From an uncultured Actinomycetota bacterium (lineage in GTDB: Bacteria > Actinomycetota > Actinomycetes > Mycobacteriales > Micromonosporaceae), in assembly GCA_963736695.1 (NCBI GenBank), contig CAVTPU010000004.1, positions 2,139,961 to 2,203,960 of the forward strand: 64,000 nt of DNA, given 5' to 3'. The translations under genes were made by a program, and so were the position numbers. The notes under the pieces are model-generated. The model made no database searches, was not told the origin of the DNA, and saw nothing but the letters and a program-made list of their open reading frames with translations. Each line of letters begins with the position of its first letter. Position 1 is the first letter of the stretch. Of the stretch, positions 53,417 to 61,163 are shown piece after piece.

Positions 53417-55090
53417 GTGACCGTGCAGGCTTGCGCCGATGAGATCGCCCACGACCAACAGTCGGGCGGTGACGGCTCGCGTGACCTCAACGATGGCACG
53501 CCGCCCGACCGCGACTCTGGTCGGGCCCTCTACCTCGACCGAATCCGGCCTCGGCTCGCCCCGATGCCGGGCCGCGATCCGATGTCATGGATCGCCACGG
53601 CCGTCATCGTGGCGATCGCGGCGGTGCTGCGCTTCGTCAAGCTCAGCTTCCCCGGCGGCAAGATCTTCGACGAGATCTACTACGCCTCCGGCGGCGAGCA
53701 GCTCCTCGCGCACAGTGTGGAGTGGCGCACCGACAGTGACACCGCCGACTTCGTCGTGCATCCGCCGCTCGGCAAGTGGATCATCGCGGCCGGAATCAAG
53801 TTGACCGAAAAGCTCCACTACCTGCCACAAGACAAGGCCTTCGGATGGCGACTCATGGCGGCCGTCGCCGGAGTGCTCTCCGTGTTGATCATCATTAGGG
53901 TCGCGCGGCGCATGTTCCGGTCCACGGTGCTCGGTTGCGCCGCCGGACTGCTCATGGCCCTCGACGGCATGCACTTCGTGCTCTCGCGCACGGCCATCCT
54001 CGACATCTTCGTGCTCTTCTTCGTGCTCGCGGCCTTCGCCAGCCTCGTGCTCGACCGAGACCAGCGGCGCGCCCGATGGCTGCGCCTCATCGAGAACGGC
54101 CTCGACCCCACCCGACCCGGCCGCGCGGGCCGCCCCTCTTTCGGGTGGTCGACCATCCCCTGGTGGCGGCTCGTCGCCGGCGTCATGCTCGGCGCCGCCG
54201 GGTCCGTCAAGTGGAGCGCGATCTGGTTCGTTCCGCTCTTCATCGGCCTGATCATCGCCTGGGAAATCGGGCTCCGCCGCCTAGTGGGTGTGCGCCACCC
54301 ATGGCGCGACGCGCTCCTCGACGAGACCGGCTGGATCGTCGCGATGGGTGTGCTCATGTTCGCCACCTATCTGGCCAGCTGGAGCGGGTGGTTCCTCACC
54401 GACACCGGATGGAAGCGTCACTATCTGCTCGCCGAGTTGAACAAGAACGAGCCGCCCGTGCTCGGTGCGCTCTATAACCTGTGGGCATATCACGTCGACG
54501 TCTACAATTTTCACGTCCAACTCACCGCCCACCACCAATATCAGTCATGGCCGTGGCAATGGTTGATCCTCGGCCGGCCCGTCGCCTTCCACTGGAGCAG
54601 CGACCCCGGTTGCGGAGCCGACAACTGCGCCTCCGAGATTCTGCTGCTCGGCACGCCGGTGCTGTGGTGGTCGTTCATTCCGGCGCTCGGAGCCCTCGCC
54701 TGGTTCGCGGCGAGCCGTCGCGACTGGCGTGCGTGGACCATCGGGCTCGGGGTGTTCGCCGGAATCGCCCCGTGGTTCATCTATGAACTCGACCACCGGA
54801 CCATGTTCTATTTCTACGCCGCGCCGGCCGAGCCGTTCCTCATCCTCGCCGTCGTCTATGTTTTGGGCGCGCTCATGGCTCGTCCGCCGATATTCGCGCG
54901 ATTCTACAGTGTGCCGCCGCTGCTGCCCGTCAGCGCCGGAGACCGGCGTATCTTCGGAACCATCGGCGCGGGCATCTATGTGCTGCTCGTCGGGGTCTGT
55001 TTCTGGTATTTCTATCCGATCTATGTGGGCACACCAATCCCATATCCCGACTGGCTCAGCCGCATGTGGCTCGGCAACCGGTGGGTGTGA
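53417..55090 (+). CDS. pmt: Protein O-mannosyltransferase (GT39, Pmt)
   Basis: Polytopic protein with the loop-1 motif ...GKIFDEIYYA.... Divergent from rsmI, as in mycobacteria. The start is uncertain (GTG at 53417 or downstream). Confidence 0.85.
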   Translation: MTVQACADEIAHDQQSGGDGSRDLNDGTPPDRDSGRALYLDRIRPRLAPMPGRDPMSWIATAVIVAIAAVLRFVKLSFPGGKIFDEIYYASGGEQLLAHSVEWRTDSDTADFVVHPPLGKWIIAAGIKLTEKLHYLPQDKAFGWRLMAAVAGVLSVLIIIRVARRMFRSTVLGCAAGLLMALDGMHFVLSRTAILDIFVLFFVLAAFASLVLDRDQRRARWLRLIENGLDPTRPGRAGRPSFGWSTIPWWRLVAGVMLGAAGSVKWSAIWFVPLFIGLIIAWEIGLRRLVGVRHPWRDALLDETGWIVAMGVLMFATYLASWSGWFLTDTGWKRHYLLAELNKNEPPVLGALYNLWAYHVDVYNFHVQLTAHHQYQSWPWQWLILGRPVAFHWSSDPGCGADNCASEILLLGTPVLWWSFIPALGALAWFAASRRDWRAWTIGLGVFAGIAPWFIYELDHRTMFYFYAAPAEPFLILAVVYVLGALMARPPIFARFYSVPPLLPVSAGDRRIFGTIGAGIYVLLVGVCFWYFYPIYVGTPIPYPDWLSRMWLGNRWV

Positions 55091-55099
55091 CGCTCCAAC

Positions 55100-55366
55100 T
55101 GTCGCAGGCGCTCGATACGCTCGCCACTCATCGACGTGGTGTGACTCGACGCCAGTAGACCAACCTCAATGGACCGACCTCATTTTGCCATGATCGTGGG
55201 CGATCGGACCGGACCTCGTCGGCGTGATCGCCCACGATCACGGCACTTTCGCACCTTGCTCGAGTACGGCGAGTCGTGGTGCCTCCGTCCACATCGGCCA
55301 CGCAGACCCGCCCGATCTCTCAAGTGTCGCAGGCGCTCGATACGCTCGCCACTCATCGACGTGGTG
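55100..55366. repeat. Two identical 42-bp direct repeats flanking a 183-bp segment that contains a 15-bp-stem hairpin
   Basis: tgtcgcaggcgctcgatacgctcgccactcatcgacgtggtg occurs at 55100-55141 and 55325-55366. The inverted repeat is tgatcgtgggcgatc (55191-205) with gatcgcccacgatca (55226-240). Confidence 0.85.
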
Positions 55367-55403
55367 ATGAATCCCCATCGCTCCTGACCGGAGAGGCCGA
55401 ATC

Positions 55404-56825
55404 ATGCCCCAGGAAACGACATATCTCGAGTTGTCAGACGAAGGCGGCGGCGCCCACAAGTTCTATGAAGTCACCGTCGATGGCCCCTCGATGACTGTCC
55501 GCTATGGACGCATTGGGGGACCTGGGCAGTCCAAGACCACCACGTTCCCCGACGAGACAAAAGCGAGGGCGACGGCGGCGAAGAAGATCGGCGAAAAGGT
55601 GCGGGGCGGCTACGCGCCCGCCGTCGCCGGTGTTCGGCAACGGCGTTCGGTGGCGCGTCGAGTGATCGTCAGCTCCGCCTCGACCGCCAAACGCGCGCCG
55701 GTGCTGTGGCGTTATGACTCCGGCGCCGCCGCGTTCGGCGTCTTCGTCGACGACCGGGTCTGCATGGTCGGCAATGAGTCGGGTCTCATCACCACGCTCA
55801 CCCATGGTGCCGAGGTCGTCGGCCAGGTCCGCCTGCCCGATGGAGTGAAATGCATTGTCGCCGACGATCAGTGGCTCTATGCCGGTTGCGACGACGGAAA
55901 CGTCTATGACCTGTCCGGAAAAATCCCGCGCATGGCATATCAGATCTCACCGGACATCGACATCTATTGGCTCGACATTCACGATGGCCTGCTCGGTGTC
56001 GCGGACTCGGGCGGCGGCATCGCCGCGATCGACCACGAGGACGAATTCTTGTGGCGCCGCAAAGGACGTGGCACGTCTGGCTGGATGGTTCGGTGCGACT
56101 CCACCGCGATGTATCACGGCCACTCCGCCGGCGTCACCAGCTATGACTGGCGCACCGGGCAGGAGCTATGGCATCAGGGGACCAAAGCCGTGCTTTTCGG
56201 TTGGCAGGAGAGCACCACCGTCTTCGCGGGCACGTCCACACACGAGGTGGTCCGATTCGGCAAAGACGGCACCAGACAACATACGTACGCGTGCGACGCG
56301 GCGGTCTTTTCGTGTGCGACATCGCCGGATGGACAATATGTCTTCGCCGGCGACTGCAACTCCTCAATCTATTGCTTCGACGAGGCGGGCACACGCCTAT
56401 GGAAGCTCGGCACCGGCTGCGGTTCTGCCTATTCCATGCAATATCACGCGGACCGGCTCTATGTCGTGACCACGAGCGGCGCATTGGCCTGCATCGACGC
56501 CAGCGAGTCAGCGATTCGAGCGGCGGAGTCCGGAAGCGTCCCCACCGTCGTCGATGTCAAGGCTCCGAGCCACATGACAGCCGTCGCCCCGTCAACCACT
56601 GTCGAGGTGGTCAGCGACAGCGCCGACGGCGTCGTCGTGGAATGCTATGAGCACGGCGGTCAACTGCGAGTGCGAGTGGTCTCCCCCGGATATCACTCCG
56701 ACTGGCGAGTCCAGTTCCCCAAGGGAATCCGCGAGCCGAACGCCCGATATGTCGTCGGCGGCGTGCGTGAGTCCGGCCGGGGCGGTTTCTATCGGGCGTA
56801 CGGCGACGTCCGGCGGCTCGTCTAG
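55404..56825 (+). CDS. WGR-domain protein fused to a PQQ/WD40-like beta-propeller and a small C-terminal domain
   Basis: GGAGAGG lies 8 nt upstream. The N-terminus YLELSDEGGGAHKFYEVTVDGPSMTVRYGRIGGPGQSKT...KKIGEKVRGGY is WGR-like. It is followed by repeats such as LYAGCDDGNVYDL and VFAGDCNSSIYCFD. Confidence 0.75.
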   Translation: MPQETTYLELSDEGGGAHKFYEVTVDGPSMTVRYGRIGGPGQSKTTTFPDETKARATAAKKIGEKVRGGYAPAVAGVRQRRSVARRVIVSSASTAKRAPVLWRYDSGAAAFGVFVDDRVCMVGNESGLITTLTHGAEVVGQVRLPDGVKCIVADDQWLYAGCDDGNVYDLSGKIPRMAYQISPDIDIYWLDIHDGLLGVADSGGGIAAIDHEDEFLWRRKGRGTSGWMVRCDSTAMYHGHSAGVTSYDWRTGQELWHQGTKAVLFGWQESTTVFAGTSTHEVVRFGKDGTRQHTYACDAAVFSCATSPDGQYVFAGDCNSSIYCFDEAGTRLWKLGTGCGSAYSMQYHADRLYVVTTSGALACIDASESAIRAAESGSVPTVVDVKAPSHMTAVAPSTTVEVVSDSADGVVVECYEHGGQLRVRVVSPGYHSDWRVQFPKGIREPNARYVVGGVRESGRGGFYRAYGDVRRLV

Positions 56826-58108
56826 CCGAGAGTTAACCAGACGATCCCCCGCTCGGCGACGTGCCGCGCCTCGTCTGCGGTAAGCGGATCGCGGCCCGTC
56901 ACCTTGCGCAGCAACGTGACGTCATCCCAGCCGAACACCGCTACGGCCTCGACCCCGGCCCCAGACCCGGCAGAGCTGAGCAGCAGAGGAGTCAGGACTC
57001 GAATCGCCGGTCGGGTGATCCACGGCCGGCGTTCGAGTGCTGCGGCCAGGTCCAACCCATGCAGGCCGAGCTCGACGATCCGGGTGATGAGAAAGTCGGT
57101 CAACAGCATCGCATCGCCGTGCCGAGTGACGATCACCCGATCCGGCGACTCGCGGCGGCAGAGCCGGTCGACGTCGCGCCACGCCGTGTCGAACTCCGCC
57201 ACAAGTGCCGCTGGGTCGCCGACGGCCGCCGCGCGCTCCTGCCCGAGAGCGACCCGCGCGGCGTTTGCCTCAGTCGAGAAGCGGACATCGGGCCGGTAGT
57301 AGCCGGCCGCCGTCACCATAGCCTCGACTGGGGAATCTTCGTCGAGCACGCCCAAGATTCGCCCAGTGGCCACGAGCACATGCCCCATCAGCTGAACCAC
57401 GGTCCACGGCTGACAGGCGGTCGGGCGAGCCCAGTCGGCCGGTCCGAGGCCGCGCAACACCTCTACCAGACGCTCCGACTCCGACGCGAACGCCCCGATT
57501 ACCTGATCACGCCAGAGGTCGGCTTCGGGAGTTGGGGGCAACGGCAGCGGCAGACCCGGAAGACCGTCGATGCTCGTCGCGACGTGCTCCTTCGCCGCGA
57601 AATAGGCGCCGAGCGACGCGTCGTCCTCGCGGACGAATCTCCTGGCATGCAGGTCGCGTTCCCCGTCAAAGGCCATGAAGGGCACCGCGTAGCCGCAGGT
57701 GTCGCGGATCATCTCGGCGTGCACAAGGATGATCGCCCGCAGTCCGTGCGGGCTCGGGTCGATGCCGACGAAGTGTCGACGCAGCTCACGCCATCGCGGG
57801 TCGTCCCGAAAGACCGGTTCGCCGCGCCCATGAATGCGCACGATGGTTGGCGGTCCCTGAAAGGCACACCACATGAGGGTGATCCGCCCATTTTCCCGAA
57901 GGTGTGCGATGGTTTCGGCGTTGCTTCCAGCGAAGTCCAGATAGGCCACAGTTATGTCGTCGATGACCGCGAAGGAGCCGGTCAGCCCCTTCGGGGAGAG
58001 GTTGACCGTTCCCGTTCCGGACAGCGGCGCCGTCGCGGTGAAGAAGATGCGCTGTGACTCGATGAAAGTGCGCAACCGCCCGGTGATGCGATCGTGAGTC
58101 TGTCCCAT
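56822..58108 (-). CDS. Fusion of a pyridoxamine-5'-phosphate-oxidase-like domain and a DinB/MDMPI_N-like domain
   Basis: The start is MGQTHDRITGRLRTFIESQRIFFTATAP...GRITLMWCAF... (PNPOx-like). After a PLPLPP linker comes ...ADWARPTACQPWTVVQLMGHV... (mycothiol-dependent isomerase N-terminal-like). The track ORF extension to 58681 is Arg-rich noise. Confidence 0.65.
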   Translation of the reverse strand: MGQTHDRITGRLRTFIESQRIFFTATAPLSGTGTVNLSPKGLTGSFAVIDDITVAYLDFAGSNAETIAHLRENGRITLMWCAFQGPPTIVRIHGRGEPVFRDDPRWRELRRHFVGIDPSPHGLRAIILVHAEMIRDTCGYAVPFMAFDGERDLHARRFVREDDASLGAYFAAKEHVATSIDGLPGLPLPLPPTPEADLWRDQVIGAFASESERLVEVLRGLGPADWARPTACQPWTVVQLMGHVLVATGRILGVLDEDSPVEAMVTAAGYYRPDVRFSTEANAARVALGQERAAAVGDPAALVAEFDTAWRDVDRLCRRESPDRVIVTRHGDAMLLTDFLITRIVELGLHGLDLAAALERRPWITRPAIRVLTPLLLSSAGSGAGVEAVAVFGWDDVTLLRKVTGRDPLTADEARHVAERGIVWLTLG

Positions 58109-58306
58109 GTTCGCATTGTGCCCGAAGAACGCGACAGACGACACCGGCTGACTCCCGGCAGAGGTCACCCGTACCAAGGGCTCATTTGTCACCTGCAAGG
58201 TGGGCCATGCGACAAAGAAACTCCACGCGGGCCAACGGGGCTGGTTGGGTGAGTAATGGTGACGGCCCACTGGCGTCACGGTCCACGAAAAGAGGCGCGT
58301 ACGCAG

Positions 58307-59368
58307 ATGGTCAAGCTGGCCAAGACACTCGCCGCGGCCGTGGCTGGGCTGCTCCTGACAGGGTGCGTGGTCGCGGTTGGAGCGTCTCCAGCCCTCGGGC
58401 GGCCGCCGAGGCCGGCCGCGTCCGCGCCGGTGTTCGCCTACTACTACATGTGGATGTGGGGATCGTATTGGTCGAGAAACAAGACCGACTATCCGACACA
58501 ACCCTTTCCCGGCAACTATCGCAGCGATGACCTCGCCGTCATCGAGTGGCAAATGGTTCAGGCGAAGGCGGCAGGCATCACCGGCTTTCTCGTCGCGTGG
58601 AAAGACACCCAGACGTATCGGCGCATTCTGCCGCTGGTCGAAGAGGCTGCTCTTCGGCAGAATTTCTGGCTCGCCATGCACTACGAGTCGCTTGATGCCA
58701 GCAACACGCCGTTACCTGTGTCCACAGTGGCTGCCGACTTCACATACTTCGTGGCGACCTATGCCCCTCATGCGGTCTGGTATCGAGTTAATGGCAAACC
58801 GCTGACGGTATTCCACGACACTCGATGGTTCACCGGCTCGGAGATCTCCTCCATCACCCGGCCCGTGCGATCTCGGATCAAGGTCCTGAGCTCGGCCCAC
58901 AGCGTGGCCGAATACTATCGGGTCGCGCCATACACTGACGGCGACGCCTACTATTGGCCCGCCGTCAACCCGTCCACCAATCCTGGTTTCGCCAACCGGC
59001 TGCGCGATATCGGCGCGGCGGTCCACAAGGTCAACGTCAAGATCTGGATAGCGCCAATCGCGCCGGGTTTTGACGCCACCCTCATCGGCGGTCATATCGT
59101 CGCCCCCCGCAATAATGGCGACACGCTGCGTCTTCGGCACGCCGCAGCCGCCGCCTCTGGCGCCGACCTGATCGGATTGATCAGCTGGAACGAGTTCACG
59201 GAGAACACACACCTGGAGCCGTCGATCAACTATGGCGACGCCTATGTGCGGCTCATGGCGTCGCTGGCGACGGCTGCTGTCCACCGCCGATCGGCACGCC
59301 CCACAGCGCCAACTGCGCGACCAGGTCTCCAGAGATGCGGATCTCGTTCGAACTGCCCGCATCGATGA
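58307..59368 (+). CDS. GH99-like (endo-alpha-mannosidase-like) lipoprotein
   Basis: The start MVKLAKTLAAAVAGLLLTGC has a lipobox, with AAGAGG upstream. ...FAYYYMWMWGSYW...GNYRSDDLAVIEWQMVQAKAAGITGFLVAW.... The last roughly 33 codons have poor codon bias and overlap the convergent gene. Confidence 0.6.
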   Translation: MVKLAKTLAAAVAGLLLTGCVVAVGASPALGRPPRPAASAPVFAYYYMWMWGSYWSRNKTDYPTQPFPGNYRSDDLAVIEWQMVQAKAAGITGFLVAWKDTQTYRRILPLVEEAALRQNFWLAMHYESLDASNTPLPVSTVAADFTYFVATYAPHAVWYRVNGKPLTVFHDTRWFTGSEISSITRPVRSRIKVLSSAHSVAEYYRVAPYTDGDAYYWPAVNPSTNPGFANRLRDIGAAVHKVNVKIWIAPIAPGFDATLIGGHIVAPRNNGDTLRLRHAAAAASGADLIGLISWNEFTENTHLEPSINYGDAYVRLMASLATAAVHRRSARPTAPTARPGLQRCGSRSNCPHR

Positions 59369-60170
59369 GGAGACAGAACCGGTCCGGCCAGACCGCCGCG
59401 AGAAAGGGAAAGGCCACCTCGAGAAAAGGCGTCGTCGCGGAACATCCCTGCCGCATTGTCGCCGACGAGGTGAAGATCGAGACCGCCTCCTCGTCTCGCC
59501 CGACAGCCATGAGCCAAGGAAACTCGGGATCGAGCAGGTCGGCCGGTTCGACCTCACGACTCGCCGGGACCAACACAACGGAGTCGACCAGCCGATCCAG
59601 CAGCGTCACCGCATCGAGTCCTGGTGTCGCCTCCAGTCGCGCAGACATCTTCCCCTCAGCTGGATCCTCGGCCAGCACCCGACCGGGGTCAGCATCCGGC
59701 CCTCCTCGCAGACCGGAGTCGACCGGCGGCGACGCGTCGGGCATATCCGCCGCGCCGAGCGCCGCGTCAACGGCCATCGGCAGGGTGAGTGCGCCGGAGG
59801 CAACCTCGGCCACGGCCTCGATGGTGAGATAGGCGTCAATCGGCGTGCCAGGATTCAGTGCGAGCTGCCACGTCGACACCGGCCACTTCTCCCGCAGTTC
59901 GGCATAGTCGGTTGTCACATAGCTATCAACGACGTCGGTCAGTGCCGAGGCCATCGCGGCCTGCGAGGTGAACGCGAGCAGAAACGTCTGGCCGAACAAC
60001 TCCGCCGTGACGAACTGCTGCCCGTCTGCTGGAGACGCACTGGTCCGGGGATGAGGAAGATAGAGGGGTGCCGCGACCACCTCGTGAAAATATTCCGACT
60101 GCCGGCCCGCATGAAGTGCGCTCAGCATCGCCATCTCCACCGCATTGGCTGGTGCCCACATGTCGCTCAT
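59253..60170 (-). CDS. SseB-family protein
   Basis: MSDMWAPANAVEMAMLSALHAGRQSEYFHEVVAAPLYLP...TFLLAFTS... is the SseB N-terminal pattern. The track ORF N-terminal extension is not credible. Confidence 0.6.
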   Translation of the reverse strand: MSDMWAPANAVEMAMLSALHAGRQSEYFHEVVAAPLYLPHPRTSASPADGQQFVTAELFGQTFLLAFTSQAAMASALTDVVDSYVTTDYAELREKWPVSTWQLALNPGTPIDAYLTIEAVAEVASGALTLPMAVDAALGAADMPDASPPVDSGLRGGPDADPGRVLAEDPAEGKMSARLEATPGLDAVTLLDRLVDSVVLVPASREVEPADLLDPEFPWLMAVGRDEEAVSIFTSSATMRQGCSATTPFLEVAFPFLAAVWPDRFCLLIDAGSSNEIRISGDLVAQLALWGVPIGGGQQPSPATP

Positions 60171-60276
60171 GTTGTGTGCCGGATCATGCGATCCCCTATA
60201 AATCGATGCTGTCCACGGTCTGCTCGTTCCCGCCACACGATGAAGCGGCAGATGTGCGCGTGCTCGGTGCTGCTGT

Positions 60277-60684
60277 TCAGGCGGCGCGGCGAAGACCAGC
60301 CAGTGACGAAGGTTCGATGGGTTCCCAGGTGCCATAGTTGCGGGCATCGCACTCGAGGTCGGTGGAGTCCGCGGCCACATATGTCTGCGCGGCGTGCGTG
60401 ATCGCTTCGGCGAGCTCGCGTGCCGTGGCGGCGGTGAGAGGCCAGGGGGCCGTCCTGCGCCACGTGCGTCGCCCTGGCTGCGGGGGCTGCCATCCGCCGC
60501 TGAGCAGGGCGCCCCGCTCCGACTGCTCAAGCGGGCGAGTAACCATGAGTTCGGCGCTGAGGCTATCGGATTCCTGGATCACCTGCACATAGTCGCCATC
60601 GACGCGCAGATTGATGAAGTCGTCGAACGTGAGAAAGGCGAGATCGACCGCGAGATCGCGAGCGATGTCGGGGTAGCTAGCCAT
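60277..60684 (-). CDS. YbjN / TY-Chap-like small protein (putative chaperone or immunity-type protein)
   Basis: The ATG at 60684 shares one nucleotide with the upstream gene's TGA. ...DYVQVIQESDSLSAELMV...LLSGGWQPP...TWRR...ARELAEAITHA... resembles YbjN-like domains (assigned from memory). Confidence 0.45.
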   Translation of the reverse strand: MASYPDIARDLAVDLAFLTFDDFINLRVDGDYVQVIQESDSLSAELMVTRPLEQSERGALLSGGWQPPQPGRRTWRRTAPWPLTAATARELAEAITHAAQTYVAADSTDLECDARNYGTWEPIEPSSLAGLRRAA

Positions 60685-61163
60685 CAATATCTGCCGACGG
60701 AGTCGTTGAAGTCCTGGTATTCGTTGCGATTGACGACCACCAGCACGCCACTGCCGACGTTCTGGACGGTGATGGTGGCTCGGTCACGACGCCATTGAAT
60801 GCGCGGAACCGCCCCGGGGATGGCTGCGGTGGCCGAGCCGAAAACCTCGGTGCCGATACCGGCGATGGTCGCGAAGGCGTCGATGACAGCGAGCCGGTCG
60901 TCGACGTCGTCCGTCGCGCGGCTGGTCACGCGTACGGTGATCGATTGGACCGTGTCGCCGTGATAGAGCAGCGCCGCGTCGGTGTCCGGCACGCCCCATG
61001 GGGTGGCGGCGATGGACCCCTTTCCGGCGATCTCCTCGATGATGGTGAGTCCCAAGGCGCTCATCAGCGCCGGGACGCCGCCGACAGTCCAGCTGAAGTC
61101 GCCGTCACGGAAGACGGTGAACAGGCGTTGCGTGTCGACGTCATCGATCGCGTGCAGGGTCAT
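60684..61163 (-). CDS. Hypothetical 159-aa protein, positionally the cognate immunity candidate for the toxin C-terminal module
   Basis: Its ATG overlaps the toxin TGA (ACATGACC, 61160-61163), and GGAGG lies in the last toxin codons. No domain is recognised. Confidence 0.55.
   Translation of the reverse strand: MTLHAIDDVDTQRLFTVFRDGDFSWTVGGVPALMSALGLTIIEEIAGKGSIAATPWGVPDTDAALLYHGDTVQSITVRVTSRATDDVDDRLAVIDAFATIAGIGTEVFGSATAAIPGAVPRIQWRRDRATITVQNVGSGVLVVVNRNEYQDFNDSVGRY

Noticed and set aside
55183-55356. 58-codon minus-strand ORF starting inside the second 42-bp repeat (MSGERIERLRHLRDRAGLRG...)
   Set aside because: It is very Arg-rich, has no RBS, and runs straight through the hairpin. The same start in the first repeat copy reads antisense into pmt.
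56822-58681. Full 619-aa version of the PNPOx-DinB ORF
   Set aside because: The first roughly 190 codons are Arg/Pro-rich and overlap the divergent GH99-like gene's promoter and 5' end. The ATG at 58108 begins the recognisable domain.
59232-60401. 389-aa plus-strand ORF across the SseB-like locus
   Set aside because: Its translation is Arg-rich with no motifs. The opposite strand gives an SseB-like protein with better codon bias.
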